From Naegleria gruberi (taxonomy: Eukaryota), in NCBI GenBank assembly GCA_000004985.1, contig GG738887.1: 64,000 bases of DNA; one strand, 5' to 3'. Shown one piece after another: positions 42,853-54,759 of this stretch; within the stretch, counting starts at the first letter, position 1, and the number at the start of each line of letters is the position of its first letter. Below the pieces are notes generated by a model, which was given only the letters and a program-made list of their open reading frames with translations, ran no database searches and was not told the origin of the DNA. Made by a program: the position numbers and the translations under genes.

Positions 42853-44590
42853 TTACAAGTCAGTTCTTGGTTTCATGAGTAATCTCATATTTTTAGGTCT
42901 AACAGTGACACCAGGTAATGGTTGAACTCTATCTTTCACATCATTTTCATCATTCAATAATTCGAAAGTGTAGAACTGCATCATTCTGCACAGGATGGAG
43001 AATTTCTCGAAAAGTGCAAATCTATAACCAATGCACTTTCTTGATCCCATGGAGAAGGAGGTCAATGTGAAATCGTGCAATTTCTTGGTTTGAGATTCGC
43101 TGTCCATTGGGAATCTTTCAGGATTAAATTCTAAAGGTTTCTCATAATTCTTTTCATAACGATTGGCTGAGTAAATGTTCAAGTTGAGGAAAGTATCTTT
43201 TGGAACGTGATACTTGCCAATGGTTGTGTCTTTCTTGGCAGTTCTAAATACACCAGTGACTGGTGGATGCAATCTTAATGATTCCAACATGACAGCTGTC
43301 ACATATGGCAAATTAGCAAAGTCATCATAATATGGTTTTCTAGCATTTGGTCCTTTTCCATAGTAGTTATCAATTTCTTGTCTAAGCTTGTTTTGAATAC
43401 TTTCATTTTTAGATAATTCATATAATGTCCATTGTAAACTTGTTGCTTTGAAAATGTTACAAAAAATTGATGAATGTTAAAAACCTACACGTTGTTTCAT
43501 GTCCGGCCAGCGAAAACACATATATGTCACTCTTGAGCTCCAAATCTGTCAATCTATCCTTTCCTTCAATTGTCATGTTGGCCTCAACCATCAAGCTCAA
43601 TAAATCTCTTTTTTCTTCATTATTTGATTGAGCATCAGAAACTTCGTCATTATTCAACTCCAGCTCTTTCTTTCTATTATTAATAATTTCGTCTAGTTTC
43701 GTACTGACATTCTCAACAGCTTTATCAACTCCAAAGCACTTGTAAGCTAGTGGAAGAGCAAAATGAAGGAATGGAACTAAATCTTTGAATAAATGATTTA
43801 ACAGAATTCCATTTGTGAACATATTTTCCAATGACCTTCTGAAAATCATTCCTTCTGGATTAGAATCATCGAAAATTGAGAAATCCAATCCGAAACCAGC
43901 CTTTCCAAGAACATCTTGAAATAGTTCAATAAAAAAATTATTAGAAACAAATAAAATTGATCACATACCCAAAGTGATATCACTAAAATCAGCATTAGCA
44001 TCCAATAAAATTCCCTTTTCTCCCTTCTTCAATGCACTTTCAATTTGTTTCTCCCATTTAAATGTACGAATCAAATCGACACTATTTACAGCCACACTTG
44101 TCATGTGTTCCAAGTTTTTCGTACCAAAGGCATTAGAGGCTACTTTGTGGTGTTTTTTCCAATCATCTCCACTATCCAAATTACTCAAAATATTAATGCC
44201 GAAAGTGTTGAATAATTCGTACAAATGAGGAGGCTTGTGGAAGATATGATTCTTGACAACGAGAACTTCCTTCAACATGTCTTTATCACAAATAACAAGG
44301 GCATTGCTCTTACTCATTGTAATTCTGGTAGTTCTTGTTTCTGGATCACCTTTCTCTCTCATTACTTGATCTGTTTCTTCAAAGCTTCCCCAGAAAACAT
44401 ATGGAGCGACCCATGGAATTTTGATTAAAGTTGCAAAGGCTTGCCACGTTCCTGGGACATTTGGCATTTTCTTGTAGTTTGAAATCAAACGCACAGCAAG
44501 ATAGAGTACCCATAATAGGAAACTCAAAATGAGCACAACAACAATTTGTTGGCCAGCAGATAATGAATCAATCAACTCGGTTAAAATCAT
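42853..44590 (-). CDS. Cytochrome P450 monooxygenase, 3 exons (44590-43969, 43914-43485, 43438-42853), about 545 aa
   Basis: N-terminal membrane anchor. I-helix motif LAGHETT. ExxR motif ESLRLHPP. PERF motif FNPERF. Heme-binding loop FSMGSRKCIGYRFA. The introns (54 and 46 nt; donors GTATGT, GTTTTT) keep the frame, with exon lengths summing to 1638 nt. Confidence 0.8.
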
Positions 44591-45187
44591 TCCGATTCAA
44601 GCAAAAAACAGTAAATATATTTCAAAAGGTGTGTATTGTTCTTTTTTTTGTTTTGTTTTCAGTGTTTCAAAGTTTTTTCCTTTTAAAGGTCGAAGTTTAT
44701 CGGCGGGATGTAATTTAGGAACGAAGTAATGGGACGGAGATAATGAACGGAAGGAAAGCACCCTATTTCTAATGACCTGCTTTTCAACCTCAATGATTAT
44801 TCGATAGAGGATGTATTTTCCGCTTCAAATTGATTTCCCCTAATGGAGTTTTATTTATTGGTCAACTGAGTTTGAATTATCCTCCAACTTTTACAATTTT
44901 ATCTTGAAAATAGCCCTGTTGTTTATTGCAATTAATTTAATAACCATGAAATGAAAATTAGTCATGGAATAATTTTCAACCAAAATTGGAGAAGCAAAAA
45001 ACCTCGCCAATAGAAAGTAAATTTAACCTTCCACTGAACCATTGATAAAATTTCTGCCATTATATCAAGAAGAGAAAATATCTCTAATTAGGCGTTGTTG
45101 AAACTCTTTAAAATGTTTCCAATAACCTAGAATTCTAAATTGAAACCTATTGTCGTAAATTGAAATCTGTAACATGTTTTGAATCCA

Positions 45188-46195
45188 TTAATCACCATTA
45201 AAAACACTACTCTTTCTAAAACTCTCCAATTGAACCATTTGTCCAAAAAGTCCATTCTTGTTAATTTCCTGATCGATATCAGAAGGTGGTGGTGATGAAT
45301 ATTTGGTTTTCTGTCTCTGCTCTTGGAATCTCTCAATATTCGTTATTGGAATGAATAATGGACCTTCATCAAGGTGATTCTTCGATGAGGATGAATTACT
45401 TGTTGAAATCATTCCATAAACTCCATCATTTTCGAATTGTTCCTGAAGTGTTGAGAGTTCATGCAGGTAGAAACGACCCTTAACAGAACGAGGAATGTCG
45501 TCATGATGATCGATGGATTGGAAAATTGGTGGAGGAATCAAACCAATTGTTGTTGATTGTTTCCTGGTGTTCATGAGTGAATTATTGGACATGCCATGGA
45601 CATGACTGGAAGGAGTATGATTGAAAAAGGATAAAAACACACTCAAAAACTTGATTAGTGAAATGGTAGCCAATGAAGAAACCGAAATCCAACCCAAACT
45701 TTTCATCAATTTTCCTGATTTTACAATTTTCTGAATAAACTTCCACAATTTCATCCAAATTGATAATTTTCCATTCTCATCAACAACCACTTCATCAGAA
45801 TTCAATCCACTTTCATCTCCACTTCTTTCCTTATTTTCTTCCAAAACTTGTTCAGAAATTCCTCCTTCTGATAAATCTAATTGTGCTGATGATAATTCCG
45901 CATCTCCATTCTCACTATTATCAATAATGGTAAATGATTTACGAAAATTTGAATTTCCACCTTCCTGTTGCTGTCTTCTACCTTTTTTCTGTTTTACTTC
46001 CGATGATAATGATAATGACGAATTTAGTGTTTTCATATTCTTGTTCTTCTTATCATCTTGATCCATTCGGAACAATAAACGATGAAGTGCCTTCTTTTGT
46101 AATTCGAGGGCTACCCAAGCAACTTCATCCATGTCATCTTGTTGTTGTTGTTGATTGTTATCATGTTGATGATGACGTTGGTTGTTGTTTTGCAT
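45188..46195 (-). CDS. Hypothetical Gln/His-rich protein with one TM segment, 335 aa
   Basis: ORF with an ATG start. Begins MQNNNQRHHQHDNNQQQQQDD. Hydrophobic stretch ISVSSLATISLIKFLSVFLSFF. Confidence 0.45.
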   Translation of the reverse strand: MQNNNQRHHQHDNNQQQQQDDMDEVAWVALELQKKALHRLLFRMDQDDKKNKNMKTLNSSLSLSSEVKQKKGRRQQQEGGNSNFRKSFTIIDNSENGDAELSSAQLDLSEGGISEQVLEENKERSGDESGLNSDEVVVDENGKLSIWMKLWKFIQKIVKSGKLMKSLGWISVSSLATISLIKFLSVFLSFFNHTPSSHVHGMSNNSLMNTRKQSTTIGLIPPPIFQSIDHHDDIPRSVKGRFYLHELSTLQEQFENDGVYGMISTSNSSSSKNHLDEGPLFIPITNIERFQEQRQKTKYSSPPPSDIDQEINKNGLFGQMVQLESFRKSSVFNGD

Positions 46196-46523
46196 TTTTA
46201 TTCAAATTGGTTTTTTTGAGGATCTTGTGTGTGAAATTTGGTAATGGAGGGAGAATTGTTGATGACTTTCGCACTGTGGAGAATTGAAAGGACGATTACA
46301 ATAAGAACGAAACTTGGTTTGTTTTACAATGAGAAAATTGAGGCCATTCCTTTGGTCAACTCAAATATAGTTACATAACTTTCTTAACATGCACCAATAC
46401 ATTTAGAGTCAACCCTTTTCTATCTGAATCTTTAACATCAATTGAGAAGTAATTTTCTGAAGGTTTTGTAATTTTCATAGCTTGCACTTTTTCATATTTA
46501 CCACTAACTAATGCAATAGATGA

Positions 46524-47779
46524 TCAATAGAAGAGTTTGATTTTAAGTTTTGTTGGTTCATCATCCTCATCATCAGATTCTTCATCATCCTCATCCTCAT
46601 CATAATCCATAACATCATCATCTTCCTCATTGTCATCCTCAGTTTCATCTACATGATCTTCTGGCTCATCATTGACAATAATCGAGTCCTCAAAGAATGT
46701 CCTTAATTCTAAATTGAACTTGCGATGGCATGAATCAAACTGCAACCTTATTTCAACACGGCCATCAAATAATTCAGTTGTCTTGAAAAGTTATCATCAC
46801 AACAAGTTAAAATTTCAATACTTACTTCAATTTCTTCATCCTCATCTTCTCCAGCTTTTACTTTCCTATACTCGGCAGATGAATAGCCATCACAGAAAAA
46901 ACAATGATCGTATCTCCTCGATCTGTTTTGTATTCCTGTAATTTTAGAAAAATCCTCATCTAGGTAAATGGCAGATTCTACTCCTGACAATTTGATTAAG
47001 GATGATATTGATTGTTTAAATGGTGAAAGCATTTCCATAGTCATTGGGGTAACATTCTTTGTTTTTTCGTGAATCCTTTGACATATTAATCTGGCCCTAG
47101 TATGGAATGGAACAATTTCTTGCTGGCAAATGTAATTAATCTCCTCGTCTGAATTTGTATTTTTTGCATGGGGTTGAGAACTTTCAAACACAAACTCTGC
47201 AATTTGCTTCTCTGTCATTATTCTAAGCCATTCCTTGATGAGCCATTGTATTTTAGTACTGGAAGAATTGACCATCTCTTGCATCAATGCTGGTAAATCA
47301 AGGTACTTTGCCAACTTGACAATCTTTTTCAATTTTCCAAGATCATCAGCTAGCCCATTAATATTCAAATTATCTCCATATAAATATTCCAAAACTACAT
47401 CAAAATCAGATCTAACCAAATATGTTCCTTCAGTCAACTCTATTTGCTGACTAATATCTGCCACCTTCGTCATATCAACAACATATTTTCCATCCACAAT
47501 GGCCACATCACTCTATTGTTCAATCATTCTCCGTATCAATCCACTCCTCTTCACAATAAAATCATGAACCTTATACTCAAACCAAGGAGTCTTGATCATC
47601 ACATTCGGAGGAACAATTAATGGCTGATTGTCGCTCCTTTGATAAACAACCGATTGAGCATCATCATCTCTGTAACTTCCATTAAGACTACGGAACATGT
47701 TTAACAAATAATTGGACATGTCCATTTCTTCGAGTTGATTTCGTGGCCAAGCAGAAAGCCAATTAAACCTTTTCGACAT
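46524..47779 (-). CDS. Hypothetical protein with an acidic C-terminus: three ORF-track ORFs joined by two short introns
   Basis: The ORFs 47513..47779 and 46748..47506 are in the same frame, separated by a single TAG. The ORFs 46748..47506 and 46524..46745 differ by +1. A GTAAGT donor in EIE|gtaagt and a ttgcag acceptor (86-nt intron) join the second and third in frame. A 45-57-nt intron (GTGAAG or GTTCAT donor, aacaatag acceptor) removes the TAG. Confidence 0.5.
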
Positions 47780-48116
47780 TTTTTTTCTCTTTTAATTTCC
47801 ACTAATTTGTTTCCTTTGTAAAATCTTTGCAAAAAATTGTTGGTATTCAAAGATATTGTTTTATCCAACAATACACCAATAAATTCGGAAATTATGAGCT
47901 TTATTCTACTACACGCACGTAATAGATTATTTTCAACACTGAACAACCACAAAACCAATTTCTACTAATCTATTACCCTTGAAATACTAGCAAACCGAAT
48001 AATGGTTGACAAGATGAAAAACTTGAAAATTAATTTTCAAGAAAATCTTGCCTAATTGTAATAGAATCAATTCTATTACAATTACCTCGTCCAATACTAC
48101 AACCATTATTCAAACA

Positions 48117-48325
48117 CCCACAAAGTCTTTGACACTCCAAAAAATCCCCTCACCAACCCTAGAACCCAGTTCTATGTTGGCCTATTGAGCGCAGATCTTC
48201 ATCAAGCATCAAATTTGATCACCTCTATAACACCTAAAAATCCCCTCACCAACCCTAGAACCCAGTTCTATGTTGGCCTATTGAGCGCAGATTTTTAAGC
48301 ACCACAAAGTCCTTGATAACACACC
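48117..48325. repeat. Two copies of a 56-bp unit (48141-48196, 48237-48292) separated by 40 bp and flanked by cacaaagtc(t/c)ttga(c/t)a motifs
   Basis: The unit aaaatcccctcaccaaccctagaacccagttctatgttggcctattgagcgcagat occurs twice, identically. Confidence 0.7.
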
Positions 48326-48398
48326 ACTAATAAAATAACAATAAAGACGTATCAAAAGAATTAATATACTCACCGAGTGTTGGGGTGGGTGGTGGGGA

Positions 48399-48498
48399 AT
48401 CAAAGTATTAAGCTTGCTCAATGTTGAAAATTTTTTAGACAAATTTTCCTATTTCTTGGTGTATTGTTTACAATAAACTTTAGTGAGTTGAATACTCA
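48399..48498. repeat. 100-bp direct repeat, copy 1 (partner at 49352-49451)
   Basis: atcaaagtattaagcttgctcaatgttgaaaattttttagacaaattttcctatttcttggtgtattgtttacaataaactttagtgagttgaatactca is identical at both sites, 953 bp apart. Confidence 0.7.
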
Positions 48499-49351
48499 CT
48501 CCAATTTATCCAACAATACACCAATAAATTCGGAAATTATGAGCCCATACTAGCAACCTAATTCTTTTGATACGTGATTGGCTAAAACTTAACCACAAAC
48601 TCAACTATCTAGATAAACCATACAAGCTAATTCTTCCATATAAATGGAGAATGTGCCTTAAAGGAGCCTGAATCAATGCATTAGCTTAAATCAAAACATC
48701 ACCTCTCTGGAGAACATCAAGCCAATGATTACTAATCGTGATGAATAAATAGGTTTCGCTGTGAATGGATCATTAAGGGTATTCAATTTTGGAGGTCAAC
48801 AGGAATATTAATACCATGTGGAAGTGGCGGTGTGTGTTCAAGATTATATGCTTGGCTGATAATATTCTCAAATTTAAAACATCTAGCCCATTATGTCCAA
48901 TATATTCGGAAGGATTGATTGAAGCCCTGAATCCTTTGTTAGCAATCAAGTTACTGTTATTAGGTGAGATGGAGACTTGCTGGTTCATCAGTCTTAAGGT
49001 TCATGAATTTCATAAAAGACTAGAGAACCTAAGGTGGAAGTGATGAGTCGTCTCCACTTATTCCGAAGTAAGTACTCTTGGGAAATAATCTTATCTACTT
49101 GCGTATGGTTGAACTCTATCCTTTAGCGTTCACTTTTGCAACCATCAAGAAAAAGGATACTTGTTGTTGTGTATCACCTTGACTATAAGAACAACCGTTT
49201 TGAAAGTGTTAATGTGTTCTGTTGACTTAACAATTATTATAAACAGTGTCCGAATGTTGAAGATGAAGGAACGGATGTCTGGTCGGAAGAGAATTGGTGC
49301 TAGGTTTATCGTGCTGTTTCTTGCTCTGGTTGAAAAAATTACTCTCCTTGA

Positions 49352-49451
49352 ATCAAAGTATTAAGCTTGCTCAATGTTGAAAATTTTTTAGACAAATTTT
49401 CCTATTTCTTGGTGTATTGTTTACAATAAACTTTAGTGAGTTGAATACTCA
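49352..49451. repeat. 100-bp direct repeat, copy 2
   Basis: See copy 1. The interval between the copies holds only short ORFs. Confidence 0.7.
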
Positions 49452-49655
49452 ACTTGGAAAGCTCAAGCAGTGAAATGAAACTCTTGAAAAAAAACCAAAA
49501 AAATACCCGTTCGGCAATTGGCTTATCTTGGTGAGAGATCATTGTCATCATTGGCTTTCTACATCATTAATTTATTTGTGCAGCTTGTTATTGTATTATA
49601 TAAATTGTACATATTCCGAGTGTATATATTTTAATTAGTAATTATAAAGATCATC

Positions 49656-50594
49656 ATGATTGAGCAAGTGATTCAAGTTGCTTCATCATATTGGTATTTA
49701 GTATTAGCACCTTTGGGATTATTTAAATATGAAGGAGCAATGACAACTTTTGACTTGTCAATCATGTCAGCCTTTTTCTTATTCTTTTGCCCAGTGGTGT
49801 TAATTCCATTGTTATTCTTTGGTGTGAGAGCACCTTATGGAAAGTTTGCTTCTACTAATAGCAATGAAGGAGAATCAGCAGTGAGCAAATGGTGGAGAAG
49901 AATATCAAGTAAGACAGATATTGTCTTGAATGGTAGATTTGCATTTGCATTCCAAGAATCATTCGCATTATCTTCCTTCCTCTATGTATTATTAACTTGT
50001 GAATGGAATTGGCAGGATAATTTTTGGCTTAATGCCCAACAAGTGATTGCAACTGCCATGTTTATTGGACATTACATTCATAGAGCATTCATATTTACAT
50101 TGATTAGAACTCATAGTATGAGTGATTCAACCCTATCAACCATGTTGATGGCTTGCTTTTTCTGTTCATGCAACGGTTACTTGAATGCAAAAGGTATTTG
50201 GATTTATAGTGGTGGATATTTTGGAGCTATTAACGTCATTATCATGCTATTAGGAATGATTCTCTATATTATTGGATTTTACATTAACTTCCAATCCGAC
50301 CAAATATTGATTAATCTCAGAAAGAAGAATCAAACCACTGATTCTGAAAAGAAGTACTTTATTCCAACTGGAGGATTATACAAGTATGTTAGTACACCAA
50401 ACTACTTTGGAGAATCGGTCGAATGGTTTGGCTATTTCATGTGCATTCAAAATAGGTTTGCTTTTCTCTTTGTCATTTTGACCTTATCGAACTTGCTGCC
50501 AAGAGCCGTTCAAACACATCAGTGGTATTTGAATAAGTTTGGTGACAAATACAGATCTTTGAACAGAAAAGCATTTGTTCCATATTTGTTATAA
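49656..50594 (+). CDS. 3-oxo-5-alpha-steroid 4-dehydrogenase / polyprenol reductase family membrane protein
   Basis: Polytopic membrane protein. The C-terminal motifs IPTGGLYKYVSTPNYFGESVEWFGY and RAVQTHQWYLNKFGDKY match the steroid 5-alpha-reductase C-terminal domain. Confidence 0.75.
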   Translation: MIEQVIQVASSYWYLVLAPLGLFKYEGAMTTFDLSIMSAFFLFFCPVVLIPLLFFGVRAPYGKFASTNSNEGESAVSKWWRRISSKTDIVLNGRFAFAFQESFALSSFLYVLLTCEWNWQDNFWLNAQQVIATAMFIGHYIHRAFIFTLIRTHSMSDSTLSTMLMACFFCSCNGYLNAKGIWIYSGGYFGAINVIIMLLGMILYIIGFYINFQSDQILINLRKKNQTTDSEKKYFIPTGGLYKYVSTPNYFGESVEWFGYFMCIQNRFAFLFVILTLSNLLPRAVQTHQWYLNKFGDKYRSLNRKAFVPYLL

Positions 50595-50791
50595 AAGGCA
50601 AATAAGTAGATTAGAAATAATTTTTTATTGCTTGACATGCAACATTTGGTCTATTTCTGGGATTAGATAGTTGCAGCAAACTGCTCACTATGCTTTTTTA
50701 CTTTATTTCTCATTTGCCTTTATTGAGGTACGAAATGATCAGATGAAATGATCAGTGAGTGACAATCAAAAAAAACGATCTAACAAGAATA

Positions 50792-52772
50792 ATGGGACAA
50801 ACTGCAAGTACTGATGTGTTTACATCTCGATCTGCTGGAGTACTTAATATCATTCCAGAAAATGTTTGGAAACAACCTGTCCGATTACAAAACACACAAG
50901 TAGATACCAATCCAGTGGAATTTTCATTTGTTGTGGATGAGAATGGAAGAATTCGAGATTCAACCTCACCAGTTGATAAACCGAAAAGAAGGAAAAAGAA
51001 AACTACCCATGCTACCCAACCAGAAACCCAATCAGGCACAACACCAACTTTGGAAAATCAACAAAAACCAAGAGCAAGTCAACCAAGCGAGCATGTACCT
51101 GAATCAGAAATTCAACAACATCAACAACAAAGAAGTCAATCTTCCAAAAAGCGAGTTGCAATCCCAAAAAAGATTCAACCTCTGCCATCCACTACGACAG
51201 CACCACCTACAATACAAGAAGAACCTACTGAGGAAGAACCTGAATCTTTATATCACTCATCAAGTGAATCATCAGTTCAATCATTGGAACCTTCTAATAT
51301 AGATATGGAAAAACACAAAGGACAACAAATATTTGGATTTGGAACCTCTCAACAGAAACTTTCAGATGAATCAGATAATTCTTCATCTGATTTGAAATCT
51401 GCAAGTGATTTGGAGACAAGCCAAGATGGAGAGTTGACTGGAACTCCAAGAAATGATCCAAGACGTGTTGTTATCATTGACTTTGGCCACCAAACTACTA
51501 AGGTGGGTTATTCTGGAGAGGATAGACCTCGTCTCATCATTCCAAGTTGTTATACTGTATCTACAGTTCCTGCTCAATCAGGAGAACCTGCAAAGAAGAC
51601 AATCAAGTTTGGAGGTACCATCTCAAGATTTGACAGTACATGGTTTCTAAAGCATGGAAAATTTTCATTCAAGAGAAATGATCCTGACCAACAGATTTTC
51701 GTTGCCTATCTCAGATACATTTCCAAGGTATTGTTAGATCTCAAGAATGCATTCAGAGGTAAAACAGTCATGATTAGTTTGCCATACCTATTCGGTGAAG
51801 ATAAGGAACAATTGAGAATATTGTGTGAATGCTTCTTCCATGAAAGTGTTCAAGCCAAGAGCTTGTTTTTATGTGGTTGCCCATTATTCTCCTTCCTGAG
51901 TGCTGCTGCTAATCACGTGACAGAGAATAGAACAACAGGTCTCAGTGTAACAGTTGGACATGGTATCTCTGAGATTGTTCCAATTGTTGAGGGTTGTCCA
52001 TTCTCAACATGTGGATCTCATTCGTATGTTTGTGGCTCGTCACAAAGTGAATTTGTGCTCTCCTTGATTAAGAGTGAAGTGCAGAGACAAGGAGAAACTC
52101 TCGATGAAGAGCTTGTCACCTATGAAAATGTTGAAAAGGAAAAGATGGACAATTGTACCTTGGTGAGATCATTTAGAGTGAATAAGAAACATCCAAATGA
52201 GTGCAAAGCCAAGTTCTTTAAAAAGACATTCGAACCAGTGAAGGGAGATATGCTTGTGGTGTTGGATCATCGTTATTTGACTCCTGAGCTATTGTTCACA
52301 CCCAAGATATTTATTAAGGAGGAATTACAACTTGGTGAGGATGGAAAAACTGAATCCGAACCTAACTGGCTTGGAATTGTTGCATTAATTGAGACTTGTC
52401 TCAAGAAGTGTCCAAAAGAATTTCATGAAATTCTACTTTCTAATGTGATTGTTTCTGGAGGCCCAGCTCAAGTCAGGAATTTTTCAGAGGTATGTTTAAT
52501 TTGAAAATTACATAGTATAATTCTAATTTTAAAAGAGGGTAAAGTATCAGCTCAAAAGAAAATGTGACATTATTGTTAATCCTTTATCCGATATTAAGCC
52601 AAACAAGCCACCTTACGACTTGTCTGCATGGTATGGCATGAGTTTTCTATCCTCAGCCATTGATGTTGACAATAGAGAGCTCGATGGATTACATTGCAGA
52701 ATTCTATTGGAAGAAACGAGATTGGAGCATTATTCTCTCGAAGATGTGTTATTGTCGAAAAAATTATGCTAA
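50792..52772 (+). CDS. Actin-related protein with a ~230-aa low-complexity N-terminal extension. 2 exons (50792-52489, ~52536-52772).
   Basis: Actin-fold motifs RVVIIDFGHQTTKVGYSGEDRPRLIIPS (phosphate 1) and, after a 46-nt GTATGT...aaaag intron, an actin-like C-terminus PYDLSAWYGMSFLSSAIDV...CRILL. The first ATG gives MGQTAST. Confidence 0.7.
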
Positions 52773-52868
52773 TATTGCGTGATTTGTTGATTTGTGTGAA
52801 ATTGCAATTTAGTGATTTTACAATAAATTAGTATTAACCCAAAAAAAACAGTTTCAATACTCATTGAT

Positions 52869-54759
52869 TTATTGATGTTCGTTGAATTCTCTCAAAAAGT
52901 GAGACTTCTTGCTTTCAATTACTTCTTGTAACATGCCAACATTCTTACCTGTTTCCTTAGTGGCAACAAGAGCTCTGATTGACATGGCTCTTAAAGCATC
53001 ATAAACAGAGAGTGTACCAGTGGCAGAATTCTTTCTTCCTGTGAAAGGAAGGCTATCAGGACCACGTTGACATTGACAGTTAATGTTAATTCTACTGACG
53101 TGGTGTGTTAATAAATCTACAAGTGGAATAAAGTATTCAGAGTTTACAGCAACACCTGATTCAGTCTTGATGTAAACTGAGGCTTGTTGACCAAATGTTG
53201 TGCTTGTAATGTAATCTTCCAATTCTTGAAGGGTAGAATATGAAACAATTGGAGTGACTGGACCAAATTGTTCTTCGTGGTAAATCTTCATGTCAGAAGT
53301 GACTGGATATAATACAGTTGGAGCAAACAAAGCAGATGAACCTCTGTCAATTCTCTTTTCTGGATTGGTTTCAGTGTCATTGGCGAACAATTGTCCTCTT
53401 TCATTGACAATCTTGGCACCCTTTTCGACTGCTTCCTTAATATATTCTCTTAAAATCTTTGGTTTTTGTGGTTCAGCAAGTGGAGTAATACTGACACCTG
53501 ATTCCCATGGATAACCCATCTTTAAAGCATCTACAGCCTTACTGAACTTGGCTACAAATTCATCTACAATTGATTCGTGAACAAAAAGAACTGTTTTGAA
53601 TCATAATTCCACAAATTAATTCCGAAATTATCCAATCATGAAATACGATTACGTAAAATTTGATTAATAACCATTAGAAATCATGCAAATATTAAAAACC
53701 TACTCTTTTGTGCAGTACAACGCTGGCCATTATATGAAAATGCACCAAGAGCGCATTCAGATACAGCAACGTCAATATCAGCTTCTGGTAAAACAAATCC
53801 AGCATTCTTGGCATCCAATCCAAGAACATTTCTCAATTTGTAAAGATTAGGGTGAGCATTGATGAGTGAGTTGGCAGCATTGTGTGTACCAATAAAAGCC
53901 AAAACATCAATCAAACCAGTCTTCATCATTGGAGGTAAAGTTTCACGACCAGAACCGTGGATAACATTGACAGCTCCAGGTGGGAAACAGTTCTTGAACA
54001 ATTCCAATGTTGGAAGGTGACATAAACCACCAGTTCTTGGTGTCTTTAAGATGACAACATTACCCATCAACAAGGCAGGAATGAGTGTTGTGTATCTATA
54101 TATTTTAAATCAGTGAAATTGTTCCAATAATTCCATCAAACAATCATTGGTCAATGCATATTTCAACAATTCAATTAATCGGAAATAAATTGACTTGACA
54201 CTTACGTTTCATTGAAAGGATAGTTGAATGGAGCAATACACAAGACAACACCCAATGGAGAACGTTTAACTTGAGTACTAATACCTCCTACAGAAATAAT
54301 TTTAGATTGGTGAGTTTCCAATTTGCTCAATTCCTTGATAGTATCTCTGATATATTGAATGGTACGATCAACTTCTTGTTCGGAAGCACTTCTATTCTTA
54401 CAAATTTCCCACATTAACAAGTTGACAATCTCTTCTCTCTTAGCCAACAATCCTTCAGTGAATTTTTGCATACATTCAATCTTCTTTTCTGTGGAATAAC
54501 AAGGCCATTCTCCTCTTCCTTTATCAAAAGCAGTAACAGCAGCTTGAACTGCTTCTTCAGCTTCCTTCTCTGTCATGAAAGCATAATTACCAATGTGATA
54601 TTTAACTTGAGTTTGATCTTGTGGATTAATGGTAGTAACAGGACTGTAAACATGTTCAAATTTACCAGACCAAGTACGAATCTCTCCTCCGATCAAGTAA
54701 TTTTCACCATTAGTAAAAGGTGTTGGTGGTTGCACTGTTGTTGTTGCTGTAGTGGACAT
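52869..54759 (-). CDS. Aldehyde dehydrogenase of the non-phosphorylating glyceraldehyde-3-phosphate dehydrogenase (GapN) type. 3 exons (54759-54206, 54095-53704, 53590-52869).
   Basis: CIAPFNYPFNE|TYTTLIPALLMGNVVILKTP..., ALGAFSYNGQRCTAQK|I|LFVHESIVDEF, EEQFGPVTPIV and NINCQCQRGPDSLPFTGRKNSATGT resemble GapN (ISPFNYPVNL, GAFGYSGQRCTAVKR, HINNKTQRGTDNFPFLGAKKSGAG). Introns are 110 and 113 nt (GTAAGT, GTAGGT). Exon lengths sum to 1668 nt. Confidence 0.75.
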
